Assembly (NCBI GenBank): GCA_045586685.1
Contig: JAZNAU010000042.1
Location: 1 to 64,000 of the forward strand
DNA length: 64,000 nucleotides
Direction of reading: 5' to 3'
Origin: Clostridia bacterium
Lineage (GTDB): Bacteria; Bacillota; Clostridia; HGM11514
Below the pieces are notes generated by a model that saw only the letters and a program-made list of their open reading frames with translations, did no database searches and was not told the DNA's origin. A program made the translations under genes and the position numbers. How positions within the stretch are numbered: the stretch's first letter is position 1; every line of letters begins with the position of its first letter. Of this stretch, positions 19,071 through 29,640 are shown piece by piece.

Positions 19071-21143
19071 TTAATTCAATACCAAATCACGGGACTCGTA
19101 AGAGAAAAACTCTCGAATCCGTTCTTTTAAATACAGATTCTCCGTTCTGCTCAATTCAGGATCTTCTGTCAAAAGACTTGTTGAAGCCTTTGCAGCAAGC
19201 TGAATTAAGGCACTGTCCGAAAATAAATTGGCAACCTTCAGTTCCGGAACACCGTGCTGACGGGTTCCGAAAAATTCCCCAATACCACGCAGTTCCATAT
19301 CTTTTTGAGCCAGTAAAAAACCGTCGTTTGTCTGACTCATAATTTTCATTCTCTCATTAGCAATTTCTGAATTGCTTCGGCAAATCAAAATACAGTAGGA
19401 CTGATGATTGCCTCTTCCTACGCGTCCCCTTAACTGATGTAATTGAGAAAGTCCGAACCGTTCTGCATTTTCTACAATCATCACCGTAGCATTTGGGACA
19501 TTGACTCCTACTTCCACCACTGTTGTACTGATTAACACTTGCAATTCTCCTGAAGAAAACTGCTCCATAACCCTATCCTTTTCCTTTAGTCTTCCGTGAA
19601 GCAGTCCCACCTTATACCCCGCCAACTCACGGTTGCAAAGCTTTTCAGCATACTCTGTCACAGCCTCTGCTTCCAATAAATCTGAGGGGTCTACAAGGGG
19701 ACATATAATATATGCCTGTCTGCCCTGATCTAATTCTTTTTTTAGAAAATGATAAATTCTGTCATGCATCCTTTCTCCTACGCCGTAGGTTTTGATTACC
19801 TGACGGCCGGGAGGTAATTGGTCGATGACAGATAAATCCAGATCACCATATAGCGTTAATGCGAGGGTTCTGGGAATGGGTGTTGCAGTCATAACCAGCA
19901 TATTCGTCTCTTTTCCGTGGCACAGAGCCGCCCTTTGGCGTACCCCGAACCGATGCTGTTCATCTGTAATCACCAAACCAAGCTTTGGAATATGTAATTC
20001 CTCACTCAACACCGCATGAGTTCCGATGATCAATGCCGCCCCATTTGCCGCAGCCTCCAACGCTGCCATTTTTTCCTTCTTCTTCATTTTTCCCGTTAAA
20101 AGAACACACTCAATCTCTGGAAAGGGTGAAAAAAATTGTTGAAAGGATGCAAAATGTTGACGGGCTAAAATTTCTGTTGGTACCATCAAAACAGACTGAA
20201 ATCCGCTTTTTGCCGCCGCAAATACCGCGCAAGCAGCTACCGCTGTTTTTCCCGATCCAACATCTCCCTGAACAAGTCGGTTCATCACACGGGGTTGCTT
20301 TAAATCTTGTAAAATTTCATCAATCACTTTCTGTTGGGCGTCTGTGAGCTGATAAGGTAAGGAATGCACAAATTCATTCACACTATCTGCTTGCAAAAAA
20401 GGTTCCACCATCAGGCTTTGTCTGTTCCCGCGAAGCAAACGCAAGCCCGTTCCCAGCAAAAACAATTCTTCAAAGGCAAGACGTCTTTTCGCTAGGGAAA
20501 GGCTGTAGGCATCCTTAGGGAAATGAATCTGCTCCAACGCAAAGTTAATTTCACAAAGCTGATATTTTTCCCGAAACTCAGCGGAAAAAATATCCTCCAA
20601 ATTCCCCCCCGTCTGTTCGAGACAATTTTGAATCACGCTCATACAAACCTTACGGGACAACCCAGCTACCAGATTATATTTTGGTACAATTCTTCCGCAA
20701 AGTCTGCCTTCCTGTTCAACAGACTCAATTTCTGTGACAGTCATTTGCTTTTCACGTCCTGAACGGCTAATTTTACCGTAAAACAAATATTCCTGCCCGC
20801 GCTGTAATTTTGCCGCCATATATTTTTGATTAAAAATCAAAACAGGGAGCGCCCCTGTTGCATCGGATACCGCACAGCGAAACAGGGAAAAATTCCGCCT
20901 GATTCGTTGTTCTCTCGGATTCACCTCTGCACGGGCACGGATACACACGGTATCCCCCTCCCTGCACTGTGCAATCGGAATAATATTAGATCGGTCCTCA
21001 TAATCTCTCGGAAAAAAATATAACATATCCAATACTGTTTCCACACCAAGAGAACGAAACAGTTTCGTACGCTGTTCCCCTACGCCCTTCACATATTGGA
21101 TGCTTTTTTTCGCCAGACTGGACCCTCTTTTCATCCCGCTCAT
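19071..21143 (-). CDS. recG: ATP-dependent DNA helicase RecG
   Basis: QGDVGSGKT, DEQHRFG, TATPIPRT, QLHQLRGRVGRG. Confidence 0.98.
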   Translation of the reverse strand: MSGMKRGSSLAKKSIQYVKGVGEQRTKLFRSLGVETVLDMLYFFPRDYEDRSNIIPIAQCREGDTVCIRARAEVNPREQRIRRNFSLFRCAVSDATGALPVLIFNQKYMAAKLQRGQEYLFYGKISRSGREKQMTVTEIESVEQEGRLCGRIVPKYNLVAGLSRKVCMSVIQNCLEQTGGNLEDIFSAEFREKYQLCEINFALEQIHFPKDAYSLSLAKRRLAFEELFLLGTGLRLLRGNRQSLMVEPFLQADSVNEFVHSLPYQLTDAQQKVIDEILQDLKQPRVMNRLVQGDVGSGKTAVAACAVFAAAKSGFQSVLMVPTEILARQHFASFQQFFSPFPEIECVLLTGKMKKKEKMAALEAAANGAALIIGTHAVLSEELHIPKLGLVITDEQHRFGVRQRAALCHGKETNMLVMTATPIPRTLALTLYGDLDLSVIDQLPPGRQVIKTYGVGERMHDRIYHFLKKELDQGRQAYIICPLVDPSDLLEAEAVTEYAEKLCNRELAGYKVGLLHGRLKEKDRVMEQFSSGELQVLISTTVVEVGVNVPNATVMIVENAERFGLSQLHQLRGRVGRGNHQSYCILICRSNSEIANERMKIMSQTNDGFLLAQKDMELRGIGEFFGTRQHGVPELKVANLFSDSALIQLAAKASTSLLTEDPELSRTENLYLKERIREFFSYESRDLVLN

Positions 21144-21149
21144 TCCTGT

Positions 21150-22745
21150 TTATTCTACAGATAGAATGTAGTGATATACCGGCTGACCGCCTGCATAGCA
21201 AACCACATCACAATCTTCAAATTTTTCTTCCAATTCTTCTTTCAACTGTTCTGCTTTTTCCTTTGTTGTTTCCTGTCCGTAGTAAATGGTAATGATACCA
21301 CTGTCCTCATTCACCAAGGTTTCCAATGCAGAAACAGAAGCTATATTTTCATCCGACTCGGCACAAACAACACCGCTTGCCGTTACACCGATGAAATCTC
21401 CTTCACGCACTTTTACATCTCCAATGGTGGTATTTCTTACTGCATTGGTCACAGATGCGGTTTCTACCTGATTCAACGCACCGCACATACGATCATAATT
21501 TTCATTTTCTGATAAATCAGGTGCAAAAGAAGCAAGTGCTGCCACACATTGAGGTATGGTTTTGGTGGGAACAATTTTCACCTGACAGTCTGATACCATT
21601 TCAGCTGCCTGATTCGCTGCCAAAATAATATTCTTGTTATTGGGAAACACATAAACAGTTTCACCATTTGCAGATTTTACCGCATTTACAATATCCTCTG
21701 CACTGGGATTCATGGTCTGTCCGCCTTCGATTGCAACTGTCAATCCCATCTCCTTCAATATAGCACAAATTCCGCTCCCTGCGCATACTCCCACAAAGGC
21801 AAAAGGCACACGTTCTTCCGCTTGTTGTTTCCTTTGTGCAGTTTGCTCCTTCATATTGTCAATTTTAATATCGGTCAGTCCACCTACCGTTAAAGCAAGT
21901 CCCAACACATTTTCGGGATGATCAGTATGCACATGAACTTTTGCAAAATCTGCATCGTCAATCACAAGCACACAATCTCCAATTTTTTTCAGTTCCCTTT
22001 CAATGGAACCTGCTTTTTTTATAGGAGATTCTTTTAGGATAATCAGCTCTGTGCAATAAGTAAAAGGACTTTCAATATGCAAATCCTCATTTATCACCTT
22101 TGCAGGCTCAGCCGTTTCCTGAACTTCAGACAACTCAACAGGACTTCCTTGTTCCAGAACATAGTAAGCCCCTTCCAAAATTTTCAAAAGACCTAAACCA
22201 CCGGCATCAACCACGCCTGCCTGTTTTAATACAGGCAACATTTCAGGTGTTTTTTCCAGTGCCTCTTTTGCTCCTTTAATAACAGCTTCCAGCTGTTCCT
22301 TTCCATTTTCAAAGGTTCCTGTTGCAGATTCCGCACCCAATCTTCCCACTGTCAGAATGGTGCCCTCTGTAGGGTTCATGACAGCACGGTAAGCAACTGC
22401 TACCGATTCTTTAAACGCTGCCGAGAAAACTTCAGGTGTTCCTACCTCTGCCGTTCCCAATCCCTTTGCAAATCCTCTTAGGAACTGAGAAAGAATCACT
22501 CCCGAGTTTCCTCTTGCACCTCGCAAAGCCGCACCTGCCGCACGGTCAGCTGCCTTATATAAAGAATCACTCGGGTTTTTCTTCATTTCCTGTGCGGCTG
22601 CCATCATGGTTTTTGCCATGTTTGTTCCGGTATCACCGTCAGGCACGGGAAATACATTCATATCATTAACCATCTGCTTTTGATTTTCCAAGTGATTTGC
22701 CGCAGAAATAATCATTGCAGAAAATAATGCTCCATCAATGTTCAA
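21150..22745 (-). CDS. fakA: DAK2-domain fatty acid kinase subunit A (YloV)
   Basis: NVFPVPDGDTGTNM, GARGNSGVILSQ, KVHVHT, GGQTMNPS. Confidence 0.93.
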   Translation of the reverse strand: MNIDGALFSAMIISAANHLENQKQMVNDMNVFPVPDGDTGTNMAKTMMAAAQEMKKNPSDSLYKAADRAAGAALRGARGNSGVILSQFLRGFAKGLGTAEVGTPEVFSAAFKESVAVAYRAVMNPTEGTILTVGRLGAESATGTFENGKEQLEAVIKGAKEALEKTPEMLPVLKQAGVVDAGGLGLLKILEGAYYVLEQGSPVELSEVQETAEPAKVINEDLHIESPFTYCTELIILKESPIKKAGSIERELKKIGDCVLVIDDADFAKVHVHTDHPENVLGLALTVGGLTDIKIDNMKEQTAQRKQQAEERVPFAFVGVCAGSGICAILKEMGLTVAIEGGQTMNPSAEDIVNAVKSANGETVYVFPNNKNIILAANQAAEMVSDCQVKIVPTKTIPQCVAALASFAPDLSENENYDRMCGALNQVETASVTNAVRNTTIGDVKVREGDFIGVTASGVVCAESDENIASVSALETLVNEDSGIITIYYGQETTKEKAEQLKEELEEKFEDCDVVCYAGGQPVYHYILSVE

Positions 22746-22760
22746 CGCTCATTCCTCCGA

Positions 22761-23114
22761 TCAATCCACTCTGATTCCGTCTACACAAACCTGTACCTTT
22801 TTCGGGATAATTCCGGTCATTTCTTCTATCATATAGGAAACTGTAGACGAAATATTTTCACCAATGGCAGCAATGTTTACCCCATGCTCCACCATAATAT
22901 GCAATTCTAAAGATACCGCACCTTCCTTTTGAACCACACGGATTCCTTTTGTCATATTTTCTTTTTTCAGTAAATTTACAATCCCGTCCCGTGTACCTCT
23001 CTGGGTCATGCCGACCACACCGTAGCAACGGGTTGCTACACAACCGGCAATATTTGCTATTACGTTATCTGTTACTTCAATCAAGCCGTACTTTGTTTCA
23101 GTTATCATACTCAT
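22761..23114 (-). CDS. Asp23/Gls24 family protein (YloU)
   Basis: CYGVVGM, GVNI..IG; conserved position upstream of fakA. Confidence 0.9.
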   Translation of the reverse strand: MSMITETKYGLIEVTDNVIANIAGCVATRCYGVVGMTQRGTRDGIVNLLKKENMTKGIRVVQKEGAVSLELHIMVEHGVNIAAIGENISSTVSYMIEEMTGIIPKKVQVCVDGIRVD

Positions 23115-23197
23115 AGCATCACAGCCTTTCATTCAATATTACAAAAATGTTACATACTGTTATTATAACACGGTTTTTAAAAAAATTCTACCCTTTT

Positions 23198-25237
23198 TTA
23201 TAAAATTTCTATACAATTTATATTTTTCCTTTGTTTTGCCAGGTCAAAATCCCGATTTCGGCAAGTAAACAGCAAAATCTGTGTGCCTGTCCGACGGGCA
23301 TAGTCATCCAATACAGCAATGGTTTGCTCTGCCCGAGTATCGTCATATTGCATCAGAACATCATCTAGCAACAAGGGAGCTCCTGTTTCCATCAGCTCCA
23401 GCATGGCAAGTCGGAAAGCAAGGTAGGTTTGGTCAAAAACCCCGCCCGAAAACTGTTCCAGAGAACAAGTATGAGATTCTTCTGTCAGCTTCACGGCATA
23501 TTCTTTGGAAATTCTCACTTGGCTGTACTTTCCCTGTGTCATTTGTTCTAAAAGTTCCCCTGCCCTTTGATTTAAGTTGGTGCCAAATTGCTGTTCCATT
23601 TGCTGATATGCTTGCTCCAATACTTCCAGCGTCACATTTAAAACCTGTTCTTTTTTTCTGTATTCTTCCCGTTTTTGTTCCCATTCTATTCTGGTTGCTG
23701 TCAACATTTCGGGTGCTATGTCATATAAATGTTGTTGTTTTGCTTCCAGTTGTTCACTCTCACGAGCCAATTCCAATTCTTTTTGGTGCAATTCTTCTTT
23801 GGAAAGGGCTGGCATACATATATCTTCTACCTCTAAAACCTCATCCATCCTTTTTCCCGCCAACGCCTTTTGCAGTAATTCTTCATAGGTTTTTATCTGA
23901 GTCAGAGCGGATTTCCTTTCTGCCTGACGAGTTCTTCTCTCACTGCAAAGAGAAAACAGCTGTTCCGGAGAAGAACAGTTCAGGTGTTTTCCTTTCTCCT
24001 CATATTCCATAATCTTTTTTTCAAGAGCCTTCATTTGCTCCTGTCTCTTTTTCTGTTGCGTCATGGCTGCATCAGAAGCACTTTGCCGCTCCAAAGACTC
24101 CGTATATTTTTGAGAAAATTCATTGGAAGTACGGCAACCGTATGCTTCCCATGGCTGTTCTGTTTTACGGACTGCCAAAATAAGCATCCCTATCAAAGAA
24201 AGAGCTGTAGGAACAAAGCACCAAGGTGTTATCAGTATACCGCATAATGCAAATACTGCAGCTGAAACGAGGCATGTTATCAGCAATCCAAGCGGGCGTT
24301 TCTTACCCTTCATAACCCGAGTAAATTCCTCTTGAGAGCAAAGAACCGATGCAGATGTTACAACCTCCGTTTCCTGTTCCTTCACCAAACGCAACGTTTC
24401 CTCTTCCTGCTTCCATTCCCGAGCAATGACCTCGTATATTTCATATTCCTCATCTGCTCCCTCGGAAAGCTGATAAAGGCGGTCCAGCTCCTCCTGATAT
24501 TCTACACATATCCGCTTTTGCTCTGATTTTTCAAATCCATCCCATTGTTTTTCCATTTTTCGAAGGAGTTTTAATTCCTGTTCAATTTCCTGAATACGAC
24601 GGTAATTTTCGGCACCTTGAGAAATTTTTTCTTCCATCAATTTTTCCTGCTCACGGTACTCAAGAACCTTTTGTTCTGCTTGGTTTAACAATCCTCCGTC
24701 TCCCCGTCTGTTACGAAGTTTTGAAAGCATGGTGTTCAGGGTTTTTACACACGCTCCGTAAGAAACCTGCGTCTCCCCTGTGTGTTCCAGATTGGCCAGC
24801 TTTTCTGCTATTTCATCCTTGTTATCCTTTACAATCATAAGCTGACCCTGAGTTACACAAGCAGTTTTTAAAAAGGTTTCTGCTCCCATGGAAAACAATT
24901 CACGTCCCAAAGATTCGGGCACCATTCTTTCCTCGCCGTTTTGATTATTGAAAAAAGTGACTTTATCCCCTTTTTTGGTTTTGCCAAATTTCACCTGATA
25001 GAGCCATTCTCCGTCCTGTTCAAATATCATACTGCCATGGGGGGCAGTCCCGTTCCATGGGGAATATTTCTCCCGTCCCTTTGTCTCAAATCCATAAAGA
25101 CAAGTCTTTAAAAAGGCAAGAAAACTACTTTTTCCCGCACCGTTTTCGCCATAAATTACATTCAATCCGGATTCAAATTCTTTTTTACAGTCAGAAAGGC
25201 CGCCAAATGCACCAATATGTACTTGTTTCAATTTCAT
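23198..25237 (-). CDS. YhaN/SbcC-like coiled-coil ABC-type ATPase
   Basis: YGENGAGKS Walker A, FSGG signature, LLLDD Walker B, central hydrophobic segment. Confidence 0.85.
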   Translation of the reverse strand: MKLKQVHIGAFGGLSDCKKEFESGLNVIYGENGAGKSSFLAFLKTCLYGFETKGREKYSPWNGTAPHGSMIFEQDGEWLYQVKFGKTKKGDKVTFFNNQNGEERMVPESLGRELFSMGAETFLKTACVTQGQLMIVKDNKDEIAEKLANLEHTGETQVSYGACVKTLNTMLSKLRNRRGDGGLLNQAEQKVLEYREQEKLMEEKISQGAENYRRIQEIEQELKLLRKMEKQWDGFEKSEQKRICVEYQEELDRLYQLSEGADEEYEIYEVIAREWKQEEETLRLVKEQETEVVTSASVLCSQEEFTRVMKGKKRPLGLLITCLVSAAVFALCGILITPWCFVPTALSLIGMLILAVRKTEQPWEAYGCRTSNEFSQKYTESLERQSASDAAMTQQKKRQEQMKALEKKIMEYEEKGKHLNCSSPEQLFSLCSERRTRQAERKSALTQIKTYEELLQKALAGKRMDEVLEVEDICMPALSKEELHQKELELARESEQLEAKQQHLYDIAPEMLTATRIEWEQKREEYRKKEQVLNVTLEVLEQAYQQMEQQFGTNLNQRAGELLEQMTQGKYSQVRISKEYAVKLTEESHTCSLEQFSGGVFDQTYLAFRLAMLELMETGAPLLLDDVLMQYDDTRAEQTIAVLDDYARRTGTQILLFTCRNRDFDLAKQRKNINCIEIL

Positions 25238-25248
25238 AAATCGGCCTC

Positions 25249-26280
25249 CTATTCTTGTATCGGTTTATGATCCAATAAGGCAACACCCATTTCTAATGCC
25301 TTTTTCAGCACTTCATTATCAGGAGTTTCTTTTAACCGTTCCAACATTTCACGGACAAACAAACCACGCAAGGTATATTCATCCGCCATATCCTCATAGG
25401 ATAAATACGGTACACATTCTGAGCGTAATTTCAGATAATAAAACCGCTTTTCAATTCGTTCTTTCAACACTTCTGTCAAAAACGGAAAGTCAGGATCTAT
25501 ACTTCCTGTCAGGTGAATACTCCAGCAATCCTTACCCGGATTGGGACATGCCTCAAAAATAGCCTCTTCAATTCCCTCATATCCGTTTTGATTTTTTAAC
25601 GAAACAGTCAAGCAATGATACTGTCTTCCTTTTAACGGAACAAACGACAGATTGCCGATTTCTCCCATAATCACACCTTTTTGTCCTGTTTCATCAAACC
25701 CACCGCCCAATGGCACACCGCTGTAAGCGTAATTTCCTTCCAAGCCGGAAAAGGAATGAACATGACCCAATGCACAGTAAGTAAAGGGTGCTAATTCTTC
25801 ACGAGTCAAGGGGTTATAGTCACTATTCCCGCCTAAATCTCCATGAATACACAAAAGATTTATCTGTTCATGATTGACCTCTATCTTCCCCACAGGCAAA
25901 CCGCAGTTTCCGTAGACTGCAAACTGTCCGCAATCCACTTTTTCCGTTTCTCCTCGAAAAATATGCACATTTTCACCGAAATCAAAAAGTGCATAAGGAG
26001 AATCAGGTGTATAGGGGTCATGGTTCCCCGGTGCAATAAACACCTTTACATGGGGAATGGATGCAAATTTTTCCCGTATCAGCATCAAATATGACAAATC
26101 AAAATAATGACTATCAAAGAAATCCCCGGCAATCAGAAGCACATCCACATCCTTTGCCAAAGAGATAATTTCATAAAATATATCCATCTGTTCTGCTTTT
26201 GCCTCTGCCACTTTCACAGAATCGGTCATTCCGGCAAAAGCACGGTTCAAATGCAAGTCTGCACAATGCAAAATCCGCAT
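25249..26280 (-). CDS. YhaO/SbcD(Mre11)-like metallophosphoesterase nuclease
   Basis: ADLHL, AGDFFD, PGNHD, LGHVH. Confidence 0.88.
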   Translation of the reverse strand: MRILHCADLHLNRAFAGMTDSVKVAEAKAEQMDIFYEIISLAKDVDVLLIAGDFFDSHYFDLSYLMLIREKFASIPHVKVFIAPGNHDPYTPDSPYALFDFGENVHIFRGETEKVDCGQFAVYGNCGLPVGKIEVNHEQINLLCIHGDLGGNSDYNPLTREELAPFTYCALGHVHSFSGLEGNYAYSGVPLGGGFDETGQKGVIMGEIGNLSFVPLKGRQYHCLTVSLKNQNGYEGIEEAIFEACPNPGKDCWSIHLTGSIDPDFPFLTEVLKERIEKRFYYLKLRSECVPYLSYEDMADEYTLRGLFVREMLERLKETPDNEVLKKALEMGVALLDHKPIQE

Positions 26281-26283
26281 TGC

Positions 26284-27507
26284 CTACACTTCCTTCCGAA
26301 TAATGGTTCCTGCAGGGAAATCCCCTTGGGGCGCATCAATCATCACCTTCATCTGGGCATGAGGAGCACAATCAATCTCCTGCCCCCGTTCATTTTTCAT
26401 CATCCCTACCTGATGGGACACAAATCTTCCCTCAGGCGGTACAAATTCCACACGGTCTCCCAAGGAAAAACGGTTTCTTTGTTCCAGATATACAATGCCG
26501 TCCTCCACCCGTTCTACCACGCCTACAATATCATAGGTTCTGATATAAGAGCTGGTACCGTAAATCTGTCCGGCTTCTTTAGGATTTCCCAATGCAAATC
26601 CTGTATAATAATCACGATGGCTGACCTTACAAAGCTCTTCAAAATAATACGGGTCCTTTTTGTATTCTGCTCCTTGGACTTCAAACGCATCCAGAGCCTC
26701 GCGGTATGCCTTTGTCACAATGGCATTGTAATACCCACTCTTAACCCGACCTTCAATTTTCAGGCTATTCACACCTGCCCGCTTTATCTCATCCAGATAT
26801 TCCACAAGACAGATGTCCTTTGCATTAAACAAAAAGGTTCCGTGTTCATTTTCTGTAATCTGCATAGGCTGACCGGGGCGTTGTTCCTCCGTTACATAAT
26901 AATTCCATCGGCAAGGCTGGGCACAGGCACCACTGTTAGCATCTCTCCCTGTAAGATAGGAACTTAACAAACATCTTCCGGAATAGGCGATGCACATGGC
27001 TCCGTGCACAAACATTTCAATCTCCAGCTCCGGGGAAACATTTTGTCGAATTTCTGCAATTTCTTCTAAAGACAATTCCCGCGCCAGCACCACACGGGAT
27101 GCACCCATTTTATGCCATAAATTCATGGAACGGTAATTGGTATTGCTTGCCTGGGTGCTCACATGAAGACGAATTTTATCCTTATATTGAGAGGCAATTT
27201 CAAACGCGCCCAAATCGGAAATAATCATGGCGTCTGCCCCTGCATCTACTGCGATACGGCAAATTTCATCAAAGCCTTCCAGCTCATGATTGTGTAAAAT
27301 TACATTGGCTGTCAGATAGACCTTCTTGCCTATTTTGTGAGCCAATTCTACCGCTTCCCTTAATTCATCGGGAGTCAGGTTATCTGCCGCCGCACGGAGA
27401 GAAAAACGGTTCAATCCGCAATACACAGCATCAGCACCGTATTGCAATGCTGTTTTTAGTTTTGAAAAATTTCCGGCAGGAGCAAGTAACTCCAATTTTT
27501 TACCCAT
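26284..27507 (-). CDS. U32 peptidase family protein (TrhP-like tRNA hydroxylation)
   Basis: ELLAPAG, GADAVY, HGAMCIAYSGRC, CAQPCRW, LKIEGR; start trimmed to MGKK. Confidence 0.9.
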   Translation of the reverse strand: MGKKLELLAPAGNFSKLKTALQYGADAVYCGLNRFSLRAAADNLTPDELREAVELAHKIGKKVYLTANVILHNHELEGFDEICRIAVDAGADAMIISDLGAFEIASQYKDKIRLHVSTQASNTNYRSMNLWHKMGASRVVLARELSLEEIAEIRQNVSPELEIEMFVHGAMCIAYSGRCLLSSYLTGRDANSGACAQPCRWNYYVTEEQRPGQPMQITENEHGTFLFNAKDICLVEYLDEIKRAGVNSLKIEGRVKSGYYNAIVTKAYREALDAFEVQGAEYKKDPYYFEELCKVSHRDYYTGFALGNPKEAGQIYGTSSYIRTYDIVGVVERVEDGIVYLEQRNRFSLGDRVEFVPPEGRFVSHQVGMMKNERGQEIDCAPHAQMKVMIDAPQGDFPAGTIIRKEV

Positions 27508-28156
27508 TTGTATCACACCCTTTTTTATAAGCCAATGCCACTCCGTCTCCCAAAGGAAGAAGAGAAGTGACATACTCTTCATTGTTCATCAATTCGTTCA
27601 AAAATTCTCTTAACCGCTTTACAATGGTAATTTTTCTTCGTACTACCAGTTCATCCGTTGCCGTCATTCCCTTATATAGTACATTATCACAAACCAGAAT
27701 ACCTCTTTGTGGAATCAAAATCTGATTCAAAAAGGTTTCGTACTGTCCCTTAGCTGCATCAATAAATACCAAATCAAATTCTCCAGTTACCAAAGACAGG
27801 GTTTTGGTAGCATCTCCTTCGATAATGGTAATTCGATTTTCCAAGCCTGCTTCCGTAATATATTGCCGTGCAACAGAAATCATAGTTTCATCCCGCTCTA
27901 AAGTCACAATCTCTGCCCCACAGCTCTTTGCCATTGCGATAGCAGAATAACCAATGGCGGTTCCGATTTCCAAAATCCGTTTTGGTTGCTTCACCGCACA
28001 CAAAAATTGTAAAAAAGCAGATGTTTCCCTCTGTGAAACAGGCACCTCATGAGTTTCGGCAAACTTTCTCATTTCGCAAAGCAAGGGATCCTTATCATCT
28101 GTCATTTCCCGTAAATACCGAATAATATAGTCATAGTTAATGTTATCTTCAATCAC
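27500..28156 (-). CDS. SAM-dependent O-methyltransferase (TrmR/YrrM-like)
   Basis: ILEIGTAIGYSA, FIDAAKGQY, DNVL; paired with U32 gene. Confidence 0.88.
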   Translation of the reverse strand: MIEDNINYDYIIRYLREMTDDKDPLLCEMRKFAETHEVPVSQRETSAFLQFLCAVKQPKRILEIGTAIGYSAIAMAKSCGAEIVTLERDETMISVARQYITEAGLENRITIIEGDATKTLSLVTGEFDLVFIDAAKGQYETFLNQILIPQRGILVCDNVLYKGMTATDELVVRRKITIVKRLREFLNELMNNEEYVTSLLPLGDGVALAYKKGCDTNG

Positions 28157-28158
28157 AA

Positions 28159-29085
28159 TTACACCCCATTAAACAAGAACACCTGAAACAAAACAAAACT
28201 GATTAAAATCAGCAATCCCGGAAAACTGAATACAATCCGACCCAATTCATAAGCCACACTTTTTTTCATTGGAATTTCCATTCTTGCACCATTTTCAAGG
28301 TTATGTATCTTAAATAACCGATTTAACAAAAGAAAGCCAAGCAAGGATGCCAAAAACAGAATAAACATCAGAATTTCAACCCAAAGAGAAGACATGTTTT
28401 GCTCTGCCATAAAACTAATTAACACCACCAAGTTGTTCACTCCGTGTAAAATCATTCCCGACCAGATAGAACCTGTCTGTAATACTACGGTTGCCAGAAC
28501 AACCCCCAGAATAATAGTAGAAATCAGATTTCTTATATCCAGATGTACAATAGCGAACAAAAAAGCAGATGCCGCAATGGCGCTCTTACTACCTCTCCAT
28601 AAATACGCATGTAACACCACTCCGCGCATCAAAAGCTCTTCTGTTACAGTAGGAATCAGAACCACTGCCGTCAGCGCCAGCAAAAAGCTTCTTCCGTTCC
28701 CCGGCACAGGTAACACACCGGTTGCTGTTTCCGCGCCGAACCAACTTAACACTAAAACGGTTACCGTGTTTATCATCCGACAAATATACTGAATGCAAAC
28801 ACCCATCCCTATCAGAATCAGCACGTTTTTCTTGTCAAGCCGATGAATCAGAAAGGTTTGGGTTACATCAATATTTTTCGGATAAAGATGCAAAGCTGTA
28901 GGAAGTAACACTGCAAAAATCTGCAAAAAAATCCGTAGTAAATAGCCGTCCGGTCGTTCAAAACTAAAAAAAGAATATAAGATTCCATACACCACGGTAC
29001 AAAACACCTGCAGTAAAATCACCGTAAACAGCAGCCATTGTACCCCGCTGGGTGTGAGCTGATAACTGTTTTTTATCTTTGGCAT
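28159..29085 (-). CDS. CPBP (CAAX/Abi) intramembrane metalloprotease
   Basis: EELLMRG, FAIVH, HGVNN. Confidence 0.88.
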   Translation of the reverse strand: MPKIKNSYQLTPSGVQWLLFTVILLQVFCTVVYGILYSFFSFERPDGYLLRIFLQIFAVLLPTALHLYPKNIDVTQTFLIHRLDKKNVLILIGMGVCIQYICRMINTVTVLVLSWFGAETATGVLPVPGNGRSFLLALTAVVLIPTVTEELLMRGVVLHAYLWRGSKSAIAASAFLFAIVHLDIRNLISTIILGVVLATVVLQTGSIWSGMILHGVNNLVVLISFMAEQNMSSLWVEILMFILFLASLLGFLLLNRLFKIHNLENGARMEIPMKKSVAYELGRIVFSFPGLLILISFVLFQVFLFNGV

Positions 29086-29096
29086 CTCACATCCTC

Positions 29097-29630
29097 CTAA
29101 ATATCATATACTTGATTGCGGATTTCTTCCGCTTTTTGTTCACCCATGAATGCCTCAATAATGGCATAGGCAAACTGATTGGCTACACCCGCAGATTTTC
29201 CGGTAATCACATTTCCATCCCGAACAACTGATTCCTGAGAAATCGTTGCTCCAATCAGTTTGTTTTCAAAACCGGGATAGCAGATTGCTGTTTTCCCGTT
29301 CAGCAGACCCATTCCGCCAAGAATTAAAGGTGCTGCACAAATGGCTGCTGCCATCCCGTCCCTCTCTAAGCAAGCAATAACGGTGTTGCGAACATACTCG
29401 CTTTCGTTTAAATGATTGGTTCCGGGCAAACCTCCGGGCAATACTACCATTCGCGGAACCTCTGTTTCCTCGGGAAGTAAATCTGCCGTTACGGGAATGT
29501 TATGAGAACCCGTAACCACTTTTCCTGTCACTCCAACTGTTTTCACTTCGATTCCAGCACGGCGGGCATAGTCCACCACTGTCAATGCCTCAATTTCTTC
29601 AAAGCCTTCTGCTAACATTACATAAATCAT
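29097..29630 (-). CDS. DJ-1/YajL/PfpI family protein
   Basis: GFEEIEA, LPGGLPG, AAICAAP. Confidence 0.92.
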   Translation of the reverse strand: MIYVMLAEGFEEIEALTVVDYARRAGIEVKTVGVTGKVVTGSHNIPVTADLLPEETEVPRMVVLPGGLPGTNHLNESEYVRNTVIACLERDGMAAAICAAPLILGGMGLLNGKTAICYPGFENKLIGATISQESVVRDGNVITGKSAGVANQFAYAIIEAFMGEQKAEEIRNQVYDI

Positions 29631-29640
29631 ACTGCCACCT

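Noticed and set aside
23198-26280. ATPase + nuclease pair as a novel anti-phage system
   Set aside because: Motifs and order match the widespread YhaO-YhaN/SbcDC-like repair pair embedded in a housekeeping run.
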